Below, piece after piece: positions 56,028 to 64,000 of a DNA stretch of 64,000 bases; the stretch's first letter is position 1; the number at the start of each line of letters is the position of its first letter. Origin of the DNA: Phaeosaccion multiseriatum. Its lineage: Eukaryota; Protista; Ochrophyta, other classes. The translations under genes and the position numbers were made by a program. The DNA is taken from contig OZ218953.1 of NCBI GenBank assembly GCA_965112735.1, positions 5,146,001-5,210,000 of the forward strand, in the 5' to 3' direction. A model generated the notes under the pieces. The model was not told where the DNA came from. It saw only the letters and a list, made by a program, of their open reading frames with translations, and made no database searches.

Positions 56028-59000
56028 CACTCACCCGAAAGACGCTTTGGTCCGGATGGTGGGGTGCCCCGCCCTCGTGGTGGTGATGGTCTTTGGCGGA
56101 AGAAGAGGAGCCGTCCCCGCCGGCCCCCAGCCCAATTAAGTCACCCAACTGCTCCATCATCGAGGGGGACTTGTATCCGGTATCCGGGCTAAAGGGTATG
56201 GGGGGCGGTGGTGAGAGATGGTGGTTGTACTGCTGTGACGATGACGACGACGGCGGGTGGGAATAGGAACCGGCAATCGGGACAAGGGGGGGCGTCGTAG
56301 TTGTGCTCGTGCCAGGGAGAAGGCCTCCCTCTCCCGCATGTCCCTCTCCTCCTCCTGCTCCTGCTCCTCCTCCTCCCCCTCCTCCTCCTTCATCCCCTCT
56401 GCCTCCTCCTCCTTCACCCCCTCCTCCTCCTCCTCCTCCTCGTCCTCCTCCTCCTCCCTCACCAATGGCACCATTTGCACCCAATCGGCTGTCATCCTGT
56501 CGCCGCTCCCCCCCTCCTCTCACTCCTCCTCCTCCTCCTCCTCCTCCTCCTCCTCCTCCCTCCTGCCCACCCTCGGTCTCTTCCCCTGCCCCTCCTCCTC
56601 TCTTTGCTCCTCCGCCGTTCCCCTGATGGCTGTCTTGGGCACCTGAGAGGAAAAAGGAGGACAGAAAGAGAGGTATAGAGAAGAGACAGAGAGAGGAAGA
56701 GAGAGAGAGAGGGAGAGACAGAGCGACAGAGACAGAGAGAGGACGAGAGAGAGGGAGAGAGACAGAGAGGAAGAGAGAGGGGGAGAGAGAGACAGAGAGG
56801 AAGAGAGAGGGAGAGAGACAGAGAGAGGAAGAGAGAGAGGGAGAGAGACAGAGAGAGGACGAGAGAGAGGAAGAGAGAGAGGGAGAGAGAGAGCACACCC
56901 ACGGCATAACGAACAACGGAGAAATGTTACCATACCGAGGTCAATCAACTGTAACTGAAAAAACCTCCTTCCCTTGTTTCGTACCGCTATCTTGATGCGC
57001 TTGTTTGTTGACGTGGGCCTGCTGCTGAGAGTCCCCAGCGTATTGTTGGTGGTGGCTGTGGTGGCTGTGATGGTAGTGACCCGCCTTGGGCTTCGCAGGA
57101 AGAGGGCTGCTCTGTTCATCCTCCCTCGCTCCTCCCGTCCCAGCCCCGGCGACCGAGGAGTGGAGTGACGTCAGACGGTCGTGTATGTAGACGATATCTC
57201 CATTCGCCCCAAACGCCAAAGCGCAGGGGCTCACGCTCTTGCCAGGCAAAAAGGCGTATTTGAGTGCATGTAGCCGGAGGCAGGCGTCTTTTGAGCAAGA
57301 CATGAGGTGTTGCCAGCCGTATGTTTGGCTCCCCTCCTCCCCCATCCCGGACTGTTGTTCGGAGGCTTCGTCTTGTTGATCGAGAGGGGAGGAGAGCGGC
57401 GGGGACAGGTTGTAGTCTCCTTCCTTGCCTGTCGCGGCAGATCCGGTACTCACTCCGGGAGATCCCTTTGAACAGAGCAAGATGGGTATGGGTTGTGTTG
57501 TCGTGAGTAAGCTTGACCAACGAGGGAGAGAGAGACAACCTTGACCGACCTCGGAGGTGACTATGTGCCCGCAAGCCCCACACACACACAGAGAGAGACG
57601 CGCACACATGCACACACACACACTCTCTCTCACACACACACATGAGCGCACGCACGCACGCACACACACACGAACGCACGCACACACACACACACACCAA
57701 CCTTCTCCTCTTCGTCCTCGTCCTCCACAAGCAGCTGAGGACAGGGGTTGTCCATCCACGCCACGCCGGAGCAGAAGGAGTCATTTTCGCCCCCTTCGAG
57801 CACGGCCAAAGGAATGTAGGGCTGCGCGATGTCGTACACGGTGACGGTGGAGTCCGCCGTCATGGCTGCTCCAACAATGTGGAGGTCGAAAGTGGGGCGC
57901 CATTTGATGCGACCCAGGGGGGTGGTGCAGAACCTTTTTGTTTTGTTTTGATTTTGCGTGGAGGGGGGGGGAGGGAGAGAGGGAGGGAGGGAAGGAGGAA
58001 GGCGAGGAAGGCGAGGGAGGGAAGGAGGAAGGCGAGGAAGGCGAAGGAGGGAGGGAGAGAGGGGGGGAGGGAGGGAGGGAGGGAAGAAGGAGTGTGAAGA
58101 TCAAGTTTCTTTCCGCATCGAGAGAAAAACAACCTCCTCCTCCTCCTCCTCCTCCTCCTCCTCCTGCCTACTTACATGGTGTACGTTGCACTCGCGCCTG
58201 CCACCGCGCACACCCCCCCGCTCCCCGCCTGCAAGGCCAACTTGCCACCCCCGCTGCCGCTGCTCATACCCAGGGAAGACACGTCCCACACCTGACACCA
58301 GGTACGGAGAGCAGCAGAATCGTAAAGAGACGCGAGGAGGAGAGGGAGGAGGCGGGGAGGAGGAGGAGGAGGAGGAGGAGGAGGAAGAGGAGGAGGAAAA
58401 GGAGGAGGAGGAGGAGGAGGAGGAGGAGGAGGAGGAGGAGGAGGAGGAGGAGGACGAGGAGGAGGAGGAGGAGGAGGAGGAGGAGGAGGAGGAGGAGGAG
58501 GAGGAGGAGGAGGAGGAGGAGGAGGAGGAGGAGGAGGAGGAGGAGGAGGAGGAGGAGGAGGAGGAGGAGGAGGAGGAGGAGGAGGAGGAGGAGGAGGAGG
58601 AGGAGGAGGGGGGGGGGAGGAGGAGAAGCAGACTTGGTGTGTGTACTCTCATCTCTGACGTAAATCTCTACTACGACTGCTGCTCCTTCTCCTCCTCCTT
58701 CTCTCCTCGTCCCGTCTCTCTCTCACCTTGATGGTTCTGTCTCGCGAGCCTGTCGCGAGAACGCCTTCCCACTGAGGGTGCCAGTCCACAGCCTAGGAGG
58801 GAGGGAGGGAGGGAGGGAGGGAGGGAGGGAGAGAAAGCCACACCGTGAGAAAAGGCAAGTGTGGCGACTGCAACACACGTCTTGACAGTAGCCACAGTGT
58901 GCGCCCCTTGCCTCACCATTGCTGCTTGGCCGTGGGCAATGAGCTTGACCTCGGGTTGCTTCGTCATCCGCCGATCCCAAAGCATGAGCTGTCCACTCTC

Positions 59001-60265
59001 CAGCACAGAGGCGAATCGGTGCGTGTGAAAGGGACTAAATTGGACGTCTCGAATACCCTCGCTACCGGCGCGAAACACCGCAACGCAAGAATGATTGCGG
59101 CCTCGCTTGTCCCACAATTTCACGATGCTGTCCTGGGCCCCACTTAGAGAAGGAAGAGAGAAGGAGGATAACGGAGGATATCGGAGGAGCGGGGGTGGAC
59201 GGGCGAGGGATGAAGGTGGTTGGGAAGTTGGAAGAAAATACCGTATGCAAGCATCTCCCTTCTCCAGTCGCACCCCTTTTCTTCTCCTCATGCAGCTGCG
59301 GGGCACACAACGGCAGCCACGACTCACCTCAGCAGCACATTTGGCTCTGTTGGGTGCCAGTTGATGCGATTGACGGTGCGCTCGTGACCCATGAGCACTT
59401 TCTCGCTCTTTAGGCCTCCCAGCGACATGCGGTTGAGCAGCGCTCCCACCGCTGCGGGCACGAGAGGATTATCCCACCCCACCCCGACAACAAGTATTGG
59501 GCAAGTATTGGGGCGAGAAGGAAGAGACAGACAAGAGAGATAGAAGAGAACAACAACGGGAATTTGAGAGGAGTTACCACTCGTATTCATCTTCTACAGC
59601 AGCCGCAGCAGTACCAGATCGCACCCCTGGACTCTCCCTTGCGTCTCACCGAGGCTTTGTCTGAAGCCTGTTCGCTCTCCAGAACGACCCAACTCTTCCC
59701 CTCTTCCAGCTCCCCCTCCCCCAGCTCCTTTTCCGCCCGTCCCCCCCTCCAGGTCGTCGGTATGGGCGAGGTAGTTCATATCCCAGAGAATGACGCTCCC
59801 GTTTTGCATCCCGGCGGCTACGAGCCCACCCTCATGAGCCCACGCCACATCCGTGACACTGCTGCTCTTGACGCCCTTGCCCGACGTGAGCTTGAGGGTA
59901 GTCTTGTCCACCAGGCCGCTCTTCGTCACGCTAATCACCTTCATCACATCTCGCCCTCCCACCGCTATGTGGCGCCCATCTGGCGAGGCAGAGAGGGAGT
60001 GGAGCGGGGAGCCAATGTTGAGGGATGCCACCACCCCGTCGCGACCAGGAGCTCCTCTCCCAACTGGAGAAGCAGCAGCAGGAGAAGCAGCAGCAGCAGC
60101 AGCAGCAGCCCCATCGGTGGCGCCCGATGGATCCACCATGGCCGCCGATGCGTCCTTATCCCCCCCCCCCTCTCCTCTTTCTCTCGGCGATCTTGGGGGA
60201 GAGGGGGTCGGCGATTTCCTATTACTATTAGGCAGCTCCAATTTTCGCGTGCGAGCATTCGGCAT
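53151..60265 (-). CDS. WDR24: GATOR2/SEACAT subunit WDR24 (Sea2), multi-exon
   Basis: N-terminal WD40s (SLSASPDGRHIAVGGRDVMKV; GHERTVNRINWHPTEPNVLLSGAQDSIVKLWD; EGIRDVQFSPFHTHRFASVLESGQLMLWDRR). C-terminal EEGDVQHCV...EWFCAYIEQLHKLELW and zinc-finger/RING C(SS)C...CSLCEQPVRGLYVSCPACSHGGHMACYVEWF...CPSGCGHKC. The low-complexity middle exons are not fully resolved. Confidence 0.88.
58357..58608. repeat. About 250-nt (GAG)n/(CTC)n trinucleotide tract in a WDR24 intron
   Basis: Near-perfect gaggaggag run. It reads as a polypyrimidine tract on the transcribed strand upstream of the acceptor near 58292. Confidence 0.95.
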
Positions 60266-60380
60266 GGATGGAGTGGATGGTGGATGGTGTGGATCGATCA
60301 AACGCTAGCGAACTGAAGCAGAGGCGGACAATATTACAAGGTCCACCTTCCTTGGATCCTTGTGCGCGTGAATTAATGGA

Positions 60381-61916
60381 TTAGGTCTTGTCTTTGCTTC
60401 CCGTAGCAACGCCAGAGTCGGACACGGAGGCCTCGAAGAACCTCCTCTTCCTGTCCCTCTCTGCCCTTGCCTCATCCGACTCGATCACGCTGTCTGCGCT
60501 CAGCAGCTTGGCCACCCGCCGCATCGTGAAGCTCAGTCTCACGCTTCCATTGCCTCTACTGCTGCTGCTGCGGCTGCTGCTGCTGCTACAGCTACTGCTG
60601 CTGCTACTTCCGTCTCTGTGGCCAGTTACCATCAACTCCTGCTCCTCCTGCTCCTCCTCCTTCCCCCCATCCACACTGGCTTGAATGAGGCCAACGCCAG
60701 GGCCAGCATCAGCGCCAGCATCAGTGCCAGCATCATCATCTGCTGCTCTTGCCTGGGAGTACGGTAAGATGCCGTGCCAGTAGTCCGAGTACGCCTCTCC
60801 GGTGAACACAAGCAGGCTGCGATGCTCCAGGAGCACGGACAAGGAAGCCTGCTTCTCCGCCGCCGCAGCATTATTGCCATGTCTCCCTCCTCCTCCTCCT
60901 CCTCCTTCCGCGGCCTCTGCGGAGGGCCAAAAGTGCAGCGTGGCCGAAGCGCCCAGAGACAGAATGGCCACACACGGCTCGTACAAAGGACCGTCCTTGT
61001 GCGCGCTGATGCCCTGCCCGTTGCGGTACTCGTTCAGGAGAATGTGATTGGGTGGGCCAATGCCCGAGCCAATGCCCGAGCCAGAGCCTGTGTCAGAGGA
61101 GGTTAAGGCTGCGTCTGCGGGGAAGACCTGACGGTCTGCGAGTAGACGCAGTAGCTCCGACAGGCAATGAGGTATGGGCTCCGGAACTTGAGGAGGTGCA
61201 AGAAAGATTATGGGGGGGAGAAGCAAACAACAAATCAGGCGAGGGTTGGGCTGGCTCCACATTATGTGTTGGTCAGTAGGTCAGTAACCGCGCCCCCGAA
61301 GTAGGCGATGAGCTACTTTCCTCCCTATCTTCGCCACCCCCCCTTCATACTCACCCATTCCATCAGGGCTCGGGTAGCCGCCGACGACCTGAAGTCGTCG
61401 ATTGTGAAGGTCTTTCCACTCTCTCTTGCGGCTCGTGTCCCCACTGCCAAAGTGGTCGTCGTTTTCGGTTGTAGCGTAGGTTGCGGTCTGCAGCTCCATA
61501 GCGTCTCTTTCCGTGACAAAGTTCGGTACCAGATACACTCCTTCAATGCACGTTTGCTCATCCCCTTCCTCGCCACCACTCCTCCGCACGGCAAAGCGTT
61601 CCAGCGGAAGAGGGCTTCGCGGTGTGGAGAAGGACACCGTTTCGGTTCCTCCGACGGAGCTGCTGCTGCTGCTGCTGCCACTCTTAGATTCGCTCCGCTT
61701 TGCACGCATTTTCCTTCTCTCCTGCGCGAGGAGAACTTTAAAATCTATCGCGGTGCTCAAGCCATTATCATCCATAGCTGCCCCCCCCCTGAAGGACGAC
61801 GCCGCTCCTCTACCAACCCCCGCTTCACTGGGAGCGAGCCGAAGCAAAGTCAAGAGCAGGAGTGGCAATAGTCGGCCAGGCTTATCCTCCATGAAGACCG
61901 GGGGGACTATGCGCAT
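60381..61916 (-). CDS. ALKBH6: AlkB-family 2OG-Fe(II) dioxygenase, ALKBH6-like, 2 exons
   Basis: VYLVPNFVTE, WKDLHNRRLQVVGG, PNHILLNEYRNGQGISAHKDGPLYEPCVAILSLG (HxD), RSLLVFTGEAYSDYWHGI (distal H) and RLSFTMRRV (RxxxxxR). The intron joins GM-V-PEP in phase. Start codon uncertain (61916, 61893 or further downstream). Confidence 0.85.
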
Positions 61917-62118
61917 ATGCGGGAATCATCCCCCCCCCCCCCGCTTTCCCCGTTGGTACTGTACTCCATTCACAGCTGGCGGGCCCTCCAAGCTCCCCTC
62001 TCCCCTTTTCTCTCCTCCTCTTCTTCAAGGAAGGGGTCCAAGTCGCCTCAGATTAACTAGTAGGAGGGTGTATCTCACCGAGGATACGAAGCTGGAAGGC
62101 AGCACCGGAATAGACAAG

Positions 62119-64000
62119 ATGGATGGATGTCCTTGTCAGCCAAGGAGAAGGAGGAGAAGGAGGGGTGGTGGGCACTTGTCAGTGCTTACCTGTGCCCTAC
62201 TCCTCGCTGCTGCGGCAGCACCAGCGCTCGCATGGAGCTCAGGAGGGTCGTTCCTACAGTCCCACCGCCACACCCGCCTCTCCCAGCAGTGTAGAGCACG
62301 AGCACGACAAGGAGGTGCACGATGTGCAAGGCCGACATCTCTCTCGATGAAGTTCCAGCAGCTGGAAGACCTGAAGGAAGGCGTGATTAAGAATGACCCA
62401 GAGTGGCAGTTCTTTGACGTGGCCAAGATTAACGTCAAGGGGGGGGACGGAGGAGATGGCTGTGTGGCTTTTCGAAGAGAAAAGGGCATTGCCTTCGGAG
62501 GGCCCAGTGGGGGCTCAGGAGGAGACGGAGGCTCCATCATCCTCAGATGCGATAAGCGCCAGAACACCCTGTCGTCAGTGCGGAACAAGGTGCACCACAA
62601 AGCAACCAAGGGACAGACAGGACAGGTGGGTAGGTGTGGACGTTTTTGCCCTGACTCGCTGCTTCCATGTCATGACAAGGTTTGGGTGGTGCTTGACTCA
62701 CTGCTTCCATTGTACCTGCCTTCTATTGATGTAAATATATACTCATGAGATAGATGCCACAGCTTTGGGTCCCAATTCTTTCTCAGTTTCGTTTCGTCTT
62801 TCTTGTCCCCTCGCCTTTCCCACAATGGTGAAGTAGCCCCCCCCCTAATACCACCGCCACCACCACCACCACCACCACCACCACCACCACCGCCTCCTCG
62901 TCCTCCTCCTCGTCCTCCTCCTCCTCCTCCTCCGCCTCCTCCCCAACCTCACAACCAAAAAACCGCAGGGCAAAAGTCGACACGGCACCGCAGGCAAAGG
63001 CGTCGTCGTAACGTGCCCCCCAGGCACCGTTGTAAGGGACGAGGAGGGCAACCTCTGCGGCGAGCTCAAGGAAGAGGGGCAAGAGATGGTGGTGGCCAAG
63101 GGGGGGAGAGGGGGGAGGGGAAACGAGGCATTCAAGACCAGCAGAAACATCGCACCCAAGCTGGGGGAGGTGGGGGAGCCGGGAGCGGAGCGATGGTTGA
63201 ACCTCGAGCTGAAGCTCATTGCCGACGTTGGGCTTGTGGGGGTGCCAAATGCGGGTAAGTCAGTAAGTCAGTAAGTCAGTGATGAAGCGTGTAAGGGAGA
63301 CGAGTGATTTGAATTGAACGAATTATTACACACGCATCCGATGGTGTTGTGTAAATAAGAGTGAGAGACTACAGAACCAACTTCCTTTTCTTTCTTTCGT
63401 TCTCTCTGGTTTTGGTTGCGTACTGTTTTCTCTTCCATTTCCCTTCTCCCTTTCCCCGCGACACCGACATGCATTCATTCAGTCAATTCTTTCATTCATT
63501 CATTCATTCATTCCATGTCTTCCCATGTATGTCGGGCGCTGTCTGTTCTCTGTTGCTTCTCTCCTCTTCCACCCCCTCCCCCTCCTCCCCTTTCTCCTCC
63601 TCGTCCTCCTCCTCCTCGTCCTTCTCCTCGTCCTCCTCCTCGTCGCTCGGTAGGCAAGAGCACTCTGCTCGGGGCTATCAGTAACGCACGCCCAAAGATT
63701 GCAGACTACCCCTTCACCACCGTTACTCCTAATCTCGGCGTTTGTGACTCCCGGGAAATCATGAACGAGGGAGAAGGCGTGGTGCTCGCAGACATCCCCG
63801 GCTTGCTGGAGGGGTGAGTAGGATAGTCAGTCCCTTGAGTCCCTTGTGAGTGGCTTGGCGTACAGTGCCTTCCTTTGCCTTGCCTTTGCTTTGCATTGCT
63901 ATATATTCTGCGCGCCTCGTGAACGTCATGCCCTTGCCCTTTCCTTTTCTTTGCTGTCATCGTGGTTCCCCCTCCGGCTGTCTTCCGGACGAAGCGTTAG
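62119..64000 (+). CDS. obgE: Obg/CgtA GTPase, probably plastid-targeted, 3'-truncated, at least 3 exons in the window
   Basis: [25 protein letters not shown] (Obg fold), [18 protein letters not shown]|KSTLL (G1), [10 protein letters not shown] (G2), [10 protein letters not shown] (G3). Presequence [17 protein letters not shown]. Confidence 0.93.

Noticed and set aside
57938-58731. Poly-Glu, poly-Arg and poly-Ser ORFs
   Set aside because: These are readings of the intronic (GAG)n tract within WDR24.
61513-62118. Upstream extension of the Obg ORF (411-aa ORF from 61513)
   Set aside because: It is antisense to ALKBH6 exon 1. The plausible start is the ATG at 62119, ahead of the targeting peptide.
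31135-64000. A functional gene cluster linking the giant protein, GH45 and GPI protein
   Set aside because: All three are probably extracellular, but they are interspersed with unrelated housekeeping genes. Nothing in the sequence supports co-regulation.

Overview
Eukaryotic nuclear DNA, most likely from a photosynthetic stramenopile (ochrophyte). Three genes carry signal peptide + F/W bipartite presequences typical of complex plastids, and the genes have GT-AG introns packed with microsatellites. The first 31 kb is one uninterrupted, 5'-truncated reading frame (>10,375 aa). It encodes an acidic, sequon-rich, probably extracellular protein with about 25 fibronectin type III (FN3) domains, about 45 copies of an 'EVQ' alpha/beta repeat and about 15-18 small beta-barrel-like repeats. 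The domains appear nested rather than strung in series: FN3 domains are split by inserts of up to ~2,700 aa, and runs of 2, 3 and 9 orphan 'EVQ' first strands are each followed by the same number of strand-less domain bodies, suggesting out-and-back stalks branching from an FN3 backbone. The remaining 33 kb holds ten compact genes, nine of them spliced: NC2alpha-like histone fold, plastid PPR, two IQ-motif proteins, LPA1-like, an intronless GPI-type orphan, a CBM1 + GH45 endoglucanase, WDR24, ALKBH6-like and plastid Obg GTPase. The GH45 domain is circularly permuted, with the normally N-terminal DCCKPSC catalytic-base motif in the last exon. An intronic MITE and unusual intron repeat organisation are also present. 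All gene models and domain counts were made by eye, with no database searches.
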